From NCBI GenBank assembly GCA_905233745.1, contig CAJODA010000004.1, positions 1 to 62,700 on the forward strand: a stretch of 62,700 bases of DNA. The letters run 5' to 3'. Positions within the stretch are counted from its first letter, which is position 1, and the number at the start of each line of letters is the position of its first letter. A model generated the notes under the pieces. The model was not told the origin of the DNA, ran no database searches, and saw only the letters and a list, made by a program, of their open reading frames with translations. The stretch comes from an uncultured Bacteroidales bacterium. Lineage in GTDB: Bacteria; Bacteroidota; Bacteroidia; Bacteroidales; WCHB1-69. A program made the translations under genes and the position numbers. Shown here one piece after another: positions 37,282 through 45,836 of the stretch.

Positions 37282-38028
37282 ATGAAAAACATGTTGATTC
37301 AATTTATTGATAACGTTCAATCCACCAACAAGTTATTATCTGAAATGGTAATGAATGGCCATGCATCCGGCAGCGCCATTCCTCCATTTTTTGCACTATG
37401 CACCGACCATCAGACGGCAGGCCGGGGGATGGGCTCCAACACATGGTTCAGCGACAGGGGACGTAACATCCTGGCCAGCTTCTATTTTGAACCGGACCTG
37501 CCCGCCTCCAGACAGTTCATCTTCAATCAATATTTCGCCCTAAGCACACTGGTGTTTTTACGGAAAAGACTCCCTAACACGCTCATCAAGTGGCCCAACG
37601 ACATGTATGTTGAAGGCAAAAAGATTGCCGGCATCCTCATCGAACATGCGGTCACAGGCGACCACCTCCGGCACACCATCGCCGGTATCGGCATCAACAT
37701 CAACCAGGACCACTTCCCCGACGATATCCCCCACCCCACTTCTCTGCTATTGGAGACTGGCAACGAGTCGGATCCCCACACCCTATTGGAAGAGTACTGG
37801 CAAATATTGCACGACCAGTTCCCCATCTGCGGTCTAGCCCACGCAGACCAACTTAAAGCAAGATATATCAGCAATCTATATCTATACAATGAGTATCACG
37901 ACTACAATATCCAAGGCATACGGACAGAGGCCCGCATTACCGACCTTGACGAGTATGGGAGATTAGTGCTACACGACAGAAACGGGAAACAATATGTTTG
38001 CGGATTCAAAGAAGCGCAACCCCTTTGA
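37282..38028 (+). CDS. birA: Biotin--[acetyl-CoA-carboxylase] ligase
   Basis: STN, QTAGRG, KWPND, KIAGILIE, GIGININQ; exact start uncertain (37282 or 37291). Confidence 0.92.
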   Translation: MKNMLIQFIDNVQSTNKLLSEMVMNGHASGSAIPPFFALCTDHQTAGRGMGSNTWFSDRGRNILASFYFEPDLPASRQFIFNQYFALSTLVFLRKRLPNTLIKWPNDMYVEGKKIAGILIEHAVTGDHLRHTIAGIGININQDHFPDDIPHPTSLLLETGNESDPHTLLEEYWQILHDQFPICGLAHADQLKARYISNLYLYNEYHDYNIQGIRTEARITDLDEYGRLVLHDRNGKQYVCGFKEAQPL

Positions 38029-38098
38029 AATCCAAAATTCAAAATTCATAGTTAAACCCCTTAAGACCAAGCCCAAAAGCCCAAAAGCCCAAATCCCC
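38028..38098. repeat. Short intergenic tandem repeats
   Basis: aaatcca aaattca aaattca and aagccca aaagccca aaagccca. Confidence 0.6.
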
Positions 38099-38100
38099 TC

Positions 38101-39522
38101 ATGACCCAACCCCAATTCCACAAGAGACTCCAAACGCATTTCGGATTCGAACCGACGGATAGCCAGCGCGAAGTGATGCAGACGTTGTCATCGTTCATCT
38201 TCGAGAAGGGTGAGAACTTCCTTTTCATCCTGCAGGGGTACGCGGGCACAGGTAAGACCAGTCTGGTGAGTGCGTTGATCCGGACATTGGAGGACGTGGG
38301 GGTGAACACGGTTATTCTGGCGCCTACCGGGCGTGCCGCAAAGGTCATCTCACAATATGCAGGTCGCAAGGCATATACCATCCACAAGTGGATTTACCGG
38401 CTGGGCGTGCGCAACGGCATACGGCAGTTTTTCCGCAAGGAGAACAAGTACAGCCACACGCTTTTCATTGTGGATGAGGCCTCCATGATTTCCTCAGAAT
38501 CCGCGCCGGGTGAATTTCCGGGCATGAGCAGTCTGCTGGACGACCTGATGGAGTATGTCTTTTCGGCCCCGCACAACCGGATGCTGTTCATCGGAGACAG
38601 CGCGCAGCTGCCTCCGGTGCACGCCACCGAGAGTCCCGCACTGAGCGCCGAATACCTGCAACATGCATACTGTTTGAACATCAGGGGCAGCCGTCTAACC
38701 GATGTGGTGCGCCAGACGCTGGACTCCGGCATTCTGTACAACGCCACCCTCCTGCGCGACAAGCTGAGCCGCGATGAAATCAGCTTCCCGTTCTTCAGCA
38801 GGAAACCCTTCAACGACTTCACGCGGGTGCCCGGCGGCGAGCTCGAGGACCTGCTCAACAACTTGTACAACCAAAACGACTGTGACGAGATTGTAGCTAT
38901 CACCCGCTCCAACAAGCGTGCCTGGCTCTTCAACAACGAAATCCGAAGCCGCATCCTCTTCCGCGAGAACCGCATCACCACGGGTGATTATCTGATGGCC
39001 GTGAAAAACAACTATTTCTGGCTGGACGAAACCTCCGAAGTGGGATTCATCGCCAACGGCGACATCATGGAAGTAATGGCCATTCACAAACAACAGGAAA
39101 TTTACGGTTTCAATTTCGCTGATGTGACGGTACGGCTATGCGACTACCCGAACTATCCGGACATCGACATCAAAATCATCCTGGAGAGTCTGGAGGTGGA
39201 AGGTCCGTCGCTGACCTACGAGGACAACCAGCGTCTGTATCAGGCAATTGCAGAGGATTTTGAAGACATCGCCAACAAGCGGGCCCGATTTTTGAGAATC
39301 AAGAACAGCCCATTCCTCAATGCCGTGCAGGTGAAGTTCGCCTACTCGCTCACCTGCCACAAAACACAGGGCGGCCAGTGGAAACATGTGCTTATTGACC
39401 AAGGCTATCTGACGGAAGAGAACCTGGACAAGGAGTATCTGCGCTGGCTCTACACGGCTGTAACACGCAGCACACAGAACGTGTATCTGATTAATTTTGA
39501 GGACAAGCTATTCGGAGTGTAA
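38101..39522 (+). CDS. RecD-like superfamily-1 helicase (exonuclease V alpha-like)
   Basis: GYAGTGKT, APTGRAAK, VDEASM, GDSAQLPPV, VVRQ, TCHKTQG, YTAVTR. Confidence 0.9.
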   Translation: MTQPQFHKRLQTHFGFEPTDSQREVMQTLSSFIFEKGENFLFILQGYAGTGKTSLVSALIRTLEDVGVNTVILAPTGRAAKVISQYAGRKAYTIHKWIYRLGVRNGIRQFFRKENKYSHTLFIVDEASMISSESAPGEFPGMSSLLDDLMEYVFSAPHNRMLFIGDSAQLPPVHATESPALSAEYLQHAYCLNIRGSRLTDVVRQTLDSGILYNATLLRDKLSRDEISFPFFSRKPFNDFTRVPGGELEDLLNNLYNQNDCDEIVAITRSNKRAWLFNNEIRSRILFRENRITTGDYLMAVKNNYFWLDETSEVGFIANGDIMEVMAIHKQQEIYGFNFADVTVRLCDYPNYPDIDIKIILESLEVEGPSLTYEDNQRLYQAIAEDFEDIANKRARFLRIKNSPFLNAVQVKFAYSLTCHKTQGGQWKHVLIDQGYLTEENLDKEYLRWLYTAVTRSTQNVYLINFEDKLFGV

Positions 39523-39538
39523 ATCCCTTTTCTTCAGA

Positions 39539-40468
39539 TTATTTTTTTGTTTCTGCCGCCTTTTCCACTATTTTCGCATAAGCACAATCGCATTCCATGC
39601 TGCTTGTATCCCCATCGATGAACGTAATCTTCTTCTGAATCCTGCTTTTGTCCACACCCGAAGCGACAAAATAATCGGTTATCTTTTTCAGCCTACTTTT
39701 AATCAAGAAAGAAGCAAAGAGGTTTTTAAACCATGATTTCTTACACCAAGTTATCTCAATCAGCAAGCCATAATCCTTATTTTCTCCCAAGACTTTAATG
39801 ATATTTCCTACGTTTTCAAAACTGGGTGCTGACTTTCCAGGTTCAAAAGTAATCTTCACGCTGGTTTCAAGGTTCTGTATTGCAGATTTGGATGCCGTTC
39901 CTCCCGGCTTCTGCTGGACAGTAACCTTTCCCATGCGGGTCCCGTTGTCGCAAATAATGCCAATGCTGCAATCCCTTTTCTCTCGTGAAGGGTTGGGGGC
40001 ACAACGCACAACCAAGTAACTGCCGCCCTCTGAAACCGACAACCAGCTCGTATCCTTAACGGGGACTGATGAAAACCAGTCGCTGCAAGTAATCCTCACG
40101 TCAGAACAAACGCCACCCTCAGCATCAAAAATCAATTCTGAGCCAATGATAAAATCAGACTCCTGTTGACGATGCACCACATAATGCGAATTACCTTTGG
40201 AGCTGTTCGTGTTGCTAGCAGATGATGGGGTATTGAAGGACTTCAGCATATTAGCCGCCGCTTTGCGACAATTCTCCGGATTACTCGGTGTATTGATAAT
40301 GTTCGTCAACACTTTGCGAGCTGCTTCAAGTTGCTTCACATCCTTGGTTTTTCTGTACTTGTCATACATTTTACCTGCCGACTGGATGCGGTCGGCACAA
40401 TCTTGGGCATATACTGTGCAAAGAGGCATACATAACGCCAATAGTAAAAAAACAACAATTCTCTTCAT
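39539..40468 (-). CDS. Secreted protein: helical N-domain + BACON-like domain + degenerate OmpA-C-like domain
   Basis: Signal peptide; FDAEGG...SWLSVS...CAPNPSREKR...VTVQQ (BACON pattern); ITFEPGKS...RLKKITDYFVASGVDKSRI. Confidence 0.7.
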   Translation of the reverse strand: MKRIVVFLLLALCMPLCTVYAQDCADRIQSAGKMYDKYRKTKDVKQLEAARKVLTNIINTPSNPENCRKAAANMLKSFNTPSSASNTNSSKGNSHYVVHRQQESDFIIGSELIFDAEGGVCSDVRITCSDWFSSVPVKDTSWLSVSEGGSYLVVRCAPNPSREKRDCSIGIICDNGTRMGKVTVQQKPGGTASKSAIQNLETSVKITFEPGKSAPSFENVGNIIKVLGENKDYGLLIEITWCKKSWFKNLFASFLIKSRLKKITDYFVASGVDKSRIQKKITFIDGDTSSMECDCAYAKIVEKAAETKK

Positions 40469-40482
40469 ATTCGTATAGTTCT

Positions 40483-41871
40483 TTAATCTTCGGGAATATA
40501 AATGTACTGTATGGAATCGATAAGGGTGTTCACCTCACTATCGTCGTTGATGAGTTTTGCTAATTTCAAATAGTTCAGCACATTCTCTCGCAAACCGTTT
40601 TCCAAAAATGCCCCGGGCAAGTTCTCCTTGGCCTCGGCAAGGCAATAGTCATGTATATTTCCACGTATAATATTTATGCTGTCCGTGTAAACTTCCTGAA
40701 ATTCAGTATTCTGACAGGCTTGGGCACTATCGAACAAGACAAGCGCGTGTTTGAACCTTTCGAGTTGTCCTTGCGTATTGTCCATACCTTGCTGATAGGT
40801 TTGCACGCCACGTTGGTAAAATCCCATGGCCTCATCGTATGCCTGGTGGGATTTTTTGCCCCGTACACTGAACAATACAACAAGCAGGACAACGACAGCG
40901 ACGCACGCACCTATGATTATTCCCTTAACCGGCAGCTTCTTGGACTTCGGGGATTGTGCATGTGACGACGAATTGGCCGGATACTGACCACTTATATGAA
41001 TGGACGAGCTATTGTACGGGCCATTTGATGTGTGTATGGAGCTTGGTGTGTACGAAATCTGAGCCAGGTGTTCAGCGGCAAACCGCTCCAGATCAGTGGC
41101 AAAAGGCCGGTTGCCCGGCACAGGAGCCAGGCACTGCATGATAACCTCTTTCAAATCATCTGAGTAGTTGGCTGGCAGCGGCGGGACTTCCTCTCCTGCA
41201 AGTTGGGCTTCGCCGCCCTTGCCCCCGAACGGCAACCGTCCGGTGAGCATCTCGTAAAGCGATGCGCCCAACGCCCAAATGTCACTGGCCACCAAGGGCA
41301 TCTGATTCCGCTGGAACTTCTCGGGCGGCATATACGGTCTAGTACCCTGAACCGTGGATTTACCCTCAGCCGATTCGCCTAACATGTGCTTCACATTAGA
41401 GCTGATACCGAAATCGGTGATGATGTAGCTGTTGCCGTCTAACAGCACATTGGCGGGCTTGATGTCCTGGTGAATAATCGGCGGCTGGTGCTCATGCATG
41501 CAGGCCAAACCGGAGGAGACGTCATGCAGAAACTGCCAAGCTTTGCGCTCGCTGCAATTTCCAAGCAAGTCCTCCGCCGATCCGGAATTATAGTACGGCA
41601 TCACCAAATACGGGTGACCCACACAAACACCGAAATACGTGTATTTTAACAGATTGGGGTGATTCAAATTATAGACTAAGGCAAACTCCTGACGGAACAT
41701 CTCTATACCCGACTCGTCCAATTGCGCCGTCGGCAAAAACACCTTTAACACCAGCGTCAGCTGCGCGGAAGTGTCCTCTACAAGCCAAACCTCGGAGAAC
41801 CCTCCTTCTCCAAGTTTCTTCAAAAGTTTATATCGACTGTCAAAAAGGTAGCCTTGTTGTAATCTTGACAT
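40483..41871 (-). CDS. Membrane Ser/Thr kinase (non-RD) with periplasmic helical domain
   Basis: GEGGFSEV, VLK, HQDIKPAN, DFG, GTRPYMPPE, DIWALG; TM GIIIGACVAVVVLLVVLF. Confidence 0.93.
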   Translation of the reverse strand: MSRLQQGYLFDSRYKLLKKLGEGGFSEVWLVEDTSAQLTLVLKVFLPTAQLDESGIEMFRQEFALVYNLNHPNLLKYTYFGVCVGHPYLVMPYYNSGSAEDLLGNCSERKAWQFLHDVSSGLACMHEHQPPIIHQDIKPANVLLDGNSYIITDFGISSNVKHMLGESAEGKSTVQGTRPYMPPEKFQRNQMPLVASDIWALGASLYEMLTGRLPFGGKGGEAQLAGEEVPPLPANYSDDLKEVIMQCLAPVPGNRPFATDLERFAAEHLAQISYTPSSIHTSNGPYNSSSIHISGQYPANSSSHAQSPKSKKLPVKGIIIGACVAVVVLLVVLFSVRGKKSHQAYDEAMGFYQRGVQTYQQGMDNTQGQLERFKHALVLFDSAQACQNTEFQEVYTDSINIIRGNIHDYCLAEAKENLPGAFLENGLRENVLNYLKLAKLINDDSEVNTLIDSIQYIYIPED

Positions 41872-41931
41872 ATTAGTTGAAAATTAGATTCTGACTTTAA
41901 CAAAGTTGGTCTTCCTCACCAGAGCCAACGC

Positions 41932-43341
41932 TTAATTACCGTTTGTTGAAGTATATTTTTTACTATGCTGGTATCCGAATTCCGGATTCAAATCTGAACT
42001 GCCGTCCGGATCATCACCATCTTGTGTTGGTTGGATGGTATGGCCTTTTGTATTGATATTCTTTTTTTTGAGGCCTTGATTTTTATCCTTTGCAGGCGGG
42101 GTCCCATTCTCAGCAATAGGCTGGTTCTCCTCTTTCTTTTCATGCTTGGTCCCATTCTCCGCAACAGGCTGGTTCTCCTCCACATTTTCATGCGTGGTCA
42201 CCTCCTCAACAACAGGCTTGTTCTCCTCACCTTTATTACCATTATCGTCCTTGACATAGAAAATGGAAAAAATGGCAACGAAAATTGCGATGCCTACAAC
42301 ACAGGCGGCAGCAATAAACCAAGGCATCGGATTCTTCTTCTTTTTCAAAGAGGAGTGTCCATAGTATATATCATCATCCGAATACTGATGGCTATTTGAC
42401 GAAGAATAAACCCCCGACATATAATCTTTTGAGTAACTGCCAGAAGAGGTGTAGTCATTAGAAAAGCCTCTTCCGGATGATGTGTTGTTCGTGTCCGGAC
42501 CATTGAAAGGATTTAAATCCCAGTCCGTAGTCGCCTTTTGGGAGAGATGCCGTTCGGCGTACTGTTTCAGTTCTTTGGCAGTAGGGCGTTCATTAGGATT
42601 TTGGGAGAGGCATTGCCGGATGATTCCTTTCAAATCATCGGAGAAAGAGCTCGGCAATATTGGGATGCCCACGCCATCCAACTGGCTTTGGCCCCCTTTC
42701 CCTCCGAAAGGCAACTGGCCTGTAAGCATTTCGTACAGAGACGCTCCCAATGACCAGATGTCGTTTTCCACCGACACAAGAGGTTCTTCCTGGAATTTTT
42801 CAGGTGGCATATAGGCACGAGTCCCCTGTACAAAACGCTTGTTTTTGAAGAGGCTGTACACGCTTGCGCTAATACCGAAGTCGGTGATAATGAAGTTACC
42901 CTCGTCATCCACCAACACATTAGCGGGTTTAATATCCTGGTGAATAATGGCAGGGCGATGTTTGTGCAGACAAGTGAGTCCCGCTGCCACATCGCGAAGA
43001 TACTGCCAGGCTGTCGGTTCGTCGCATCGTCCGATTAAATTCTCCGCTGAACCAGCGCTATAATAGGGCATCACCAAAAAAGGATAGCCTACACAAATAT
43101 CGTAATAACTGTATTTCAGCAGGTTTGTATGGTTGAGGTCAAACACCAGCGAGAACTCTTTGCGAAAAAGTTCCTTTGCCGTATCGTCCAACGTCTCCGA
43201 AGGAAGGAAAATCTTAAGTGCCATGAGATGCTTGGCCGTGGTATCCTCCACCAGCCACACCTCGGCATATCCGCCTTCGCCAATCTTTTTTTTCAGAAGA
43301 TAGCGTTCGTGAAACAGGAATCCTTCTTGTAAGTGTGCCAT
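41932..43341 (-). CDS. Membrane Ser/Thr kinase (non-RD) with low-complexity periplasmic tail
   Basis: GEGGYAEV, ALK, HQDIKPAN, DFG, GTRAYMPPE; TM WFIAAACVVGIAIFVAIFSIFY. Confidence 0.93.
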   Translation of the reverse strand: MAHLQEGFLFHERYLLKKKIGEGGYAEVWLVEDTTAKHLMALKIFLPSETLDDTAKELFRKEFSLVFDLNHTNLLKYSYYDICVGYPFLVMPYYSAGSAENLIGRCDEPTAWQYLRDVAAGLTCLHKHRPAIIHQDIKPANVLVDDEGNFIITDFGISASVYSLFKNKRFVQGTRAYMPPEKFQEEPLVSVENDIWSLGASLYEMLTGQLPFGGKGGQSQLDGVGIPILPSSFSDDLKGIIRQCLSQNPNERPTAKELKQYAERHLSQKATTDWDLNPFNGPDTNNTSSGRGFSNDYTSSGSYSKDYMSGVYSSSNSHQYSDDDIYYGHSSLKKKKNPMPWFIAAACVVGIAIFVAIFSIFYVKDDNGNKGEENKPVVEEVTTHENVEENQPVAENGTKHEKKEENQPIAENGTPPAKDKNQGLKKKNINTKGHTIQPTQDGDDPDGSSDLNPEFGYQHSKKYTSTNGN

Positions 43342-43377
43342 AATGAAAAACAGTTCGTGTTGTGGTTTAGCTATCTT

Positions 43378-44832
43378 TTATTGATTTTGGTTCTTTACAT
43401 CAGAACTATTATTCGTCTGCAGCTCGTTATTGTCCAGGTTCTTACCCCCGGTACGGAGCAAATCGTTGCCTCCTGTATTTGATGGGGTGCCCGGAGCATT
43501 CGTGGATTTGCCTGACCTGAGACTCGGCACATCACCATTCGCAGTTGTTCCTGCGGCAGACGAAGCGTCAGCTCTGCCTGCATTCCCCGATTGTGAGTCC
43601 TTGTCTCTCGTTACGGGCTTGGAAGCCGCAGACGGCACGGTCGTGACCGTCTTGTTCTGATGCTGATATTCGACTTCTGTCAGACTGACATCTTCATTGT
43701 CAGAAGTGCTGTTGGAGGATTCTGCCTGTGTGTCCACATGGGTGTTCCCCGGGGTTTGGGAAACTGCATCTCCATTTTCCACTTTCTTGGGTGAATCAAA
43801 GTATCTGAAGCAGGCATAGCCACCTACAAACACTACCACCACAGCCAGAAGTGCGATGAGCGTGTCTTTCAAGCGATTATTTTGGCGGCGGGACGGGTCG
43901 CTTTTCTCGCTTGACACAGCTGCAACATTATTCTTTTGAGTTATGCTCAAGGGATTGCTCTGCTTCACCGGCCGTTCGGGACCTGAAGCCACCTGGCAAA
44001 GCAGCGTGGTCACATTGTCGTGCCAGTGAGCGGCGGCGGCATCTGTCCATAACTGCTCAATGGCCTCTGGCAGATGGTTTGCGTCCGGAATAGTTTCGAT
44101 GACATTCTGGATTTCATCAGTGCGCAGCACCCCGCATAAGCCATCGCTGCAAAGCAGGAAAATGTCGTCTTTGTAAATGTTAATCGGACCCTCCACATCA
44201 GGATTGGCTTTCTCGGAAGGGTTACCGAGACTCCGAGTGATTATATTGTTGTTGGGATGCTCGAAAGCCTCTTCTTCGCTGAGTTGAAGCACCTCCATCA
44301 CATAGGAGTGGTCACGGGACAACATTTTAAGAAAATGGTCAGGTGAGTAGTAATAAATCCGGCTGTCACCACACCATGCATAGTAGGCGGTATTGTTCTC
44401 CAGCAGCCAAAGCAGAGCCACTGTGGTACCCATCCCCTCCTTCTCGCTATCTCTGGCAGCCTCCTTCTTAATGGCAATGTCTGCGGCGACAATAGCCTTA
44501 CGAATAAACTTCTTGATGGCGGCATCAGAAGACATATCCAGATGCTTCATGCCCTCTTCGCTGAATTGATCCTGAAGCGTGGTCACGGCAATCTGGGAGG
44601 CAACCTCCCCGGCGTTCATTCCGCCCATACCGTCAGCCACCACTAACAGACATCCCTTCCCCTGCAGGGGAATCATTTTGGAGAAGTCCCTTACGGTCAC
44701 ATCCCCAAAATGATTCACGGAGGGGTTGGCAACACCCACTTCAGACACCACGAGACAATTGTCCTCATTTGCGCCGTCGCGGGCAGCCCTGTCGCATTGT
44801 ACAGCAATACTCAGTATTGTTTCCTCACTCAT
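43378..44832 (-). CDS. Membrane-anchored PP2C/PPM Ser/Thr phosphatase
   Basis: NED, VADGMGG, GMGTT, GDSR, LCSDGL, DNVT; TM LIALLAVVVVFVGGYACF. Confidence 0.93.
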   Translation of the reverse strand: MSEETILSIAVQCDRAARDGANEDNCLVVSEVGVANPSVNHFGDVTVRDFSKMIPLQGKGCLLVVADGMGGMNAGEVASQIAVTTLQDQFSEEGMKHLDMSSDAAIKKFIRKAIVAADIAIKKEAARDSEKEGMGTTVALLWLLENNTAYYAWCGDSRIYYYSPDHFLKMLSRDHSYVMEVLQLSEEEAFEHPNNNIITRSLGNPSEKANPDVEGPINIYKDDIFLLCSDGLCGVLRTDEIQNVIETIPDANHLPEAIEQLWTDAAAAHWHDNVTTLLCQVASGPERPVKQSNPLSITQKNNVAAVSSEKSDPSRRQNNRLKDTLIALLAVVVVFVGGYACFRYFDSPKKVENGDAVSQTPGNTHVDTQAESSNSTSDNEDVSLTEVEYQHQNKTVTTVPSAASKPVTRDKDSQSGNAGRADASSAAGTTANGDVPSLRSGKSTNAPGTPSNTGGNDLLRTGGKNLDNNELQTNNSSDVKNQNQ

Positions 44833-44844
44833 TCTTCAGTGTTA

Positions 44845-45822
44845 CTATTTGTTTTTTCCTTTCTTTTTGCCTTTATTGTTATCCTTTTCAGGAATTATGG
44901 AATCGTCATCCTGACCCTGATTTTTCTTGTCAGAAGCAGACTTTCCTGACGCTGTTGGCTGTGACAGCATCTTCACCAACTCCCACTTGCGGGAGCCGTA
45001 AGGATCCATACGCGCCATGCCCATCAGGTTGAAGCGGATACAGCCGGGCTCATCCACATTCATGTTCAGGAAAGCACCACCGATAACGCTGGCAGGATTA
45101 GCGGGCTGGCGCAAATTGAAGATGGTGTTCTCATTGAACGTGATTGTTGTGGGAATAATCGTACAATGCGTCTCTCCCATATCATCCAAAGAGAACCAAA
45201 CCATATAGCCAGACTTCATGCCATCACCTGTCTCAACACCCAGACCAAGATTATGGAAAGTGGTGTCCAAAACGTTGTAAAAACCTGAAGCGAGCATCTC
45301 GCTAACGGTCTTGTTCATGTCAAACGGACGAAATTCTTTGTCTTTCAACATTTTGTATTGGACATTATCCACCGAAACCATATCTTCGCCGTATTTGTTG
45401 GCATCGAATTTCGGATCCGACTTCCAAGGTTTCAGGAATCGGTTGTCCACTCCGTAGCCATAAGCCAGGAGTGGAACAACACTATATACGGTACCGAAAA
45501 AGTCATTGCCAGAGACATTGCTGCCACTCTCATTGTCACGCACGTTATAGTCCGATTTCACCACAAGGAAAGCGTTTTCCACGGCGCGTTCAATAATGGC
45601 ATTCGCATCAGAAGAGACTCTGGAGGAACTCGGTGCCTGAGGATTGAGGGAAGGTATCTCCTTGTTCTCAGGTGTCACGGCAGACTCTTCGCCGGCGTTT
45701 GTCTTTTCCGCCTGCTCTTTATTGGTTCCTTTCTTGTTCCCATGCAAACTGGGAATATTATTCTGCGCATTGCCAAGCACAACAGCGGCAATAAGCAGGA
45801 ATATTAAGCTAATTTTTTTCAT
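44845..45822 (-). CDS. Secreted protein, probable catalytically dead trypsin-fold paralogue
   Basis: Signal peptide; VDNRFLKPW and SVIGGAFL...FNLMGM align by eye to TARHVVEPW and GNSGGPVF...YLVGL of the upstream gene. Confidence 0.6.
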   Translation of the reverse strand: MKKISLIFLLIAAVVLGNAQNNIPSLHGNKKGTNKEQAEKTNAGEESAVTPENKEIPSLNPQAPSSSRVSSDANAIIERAVENAFLVVKSDYNVRDNESGSNVSGNDFFGTVYSVVPLLAYGYGVDNRFLKPWKSDPKFDANKYGEDMVSVDNVQYKMLKDKEFRPFDMNKTVSEMLASGFYNVLDTTFHNLGLGVETGDGMKSGYMVWFSLDDMGETHCTIIPTTITFNENTIFNLRQPANPASVIGGAFLNMNVDEPGCIRFNLMGMARMDPYGSRKWELVKMLSQPTASGKSASDKKNQGQDDDSIIPEKDNNKGKKKGKNK

Positions 45823-45836
45823 AATCGTTTGAAATT

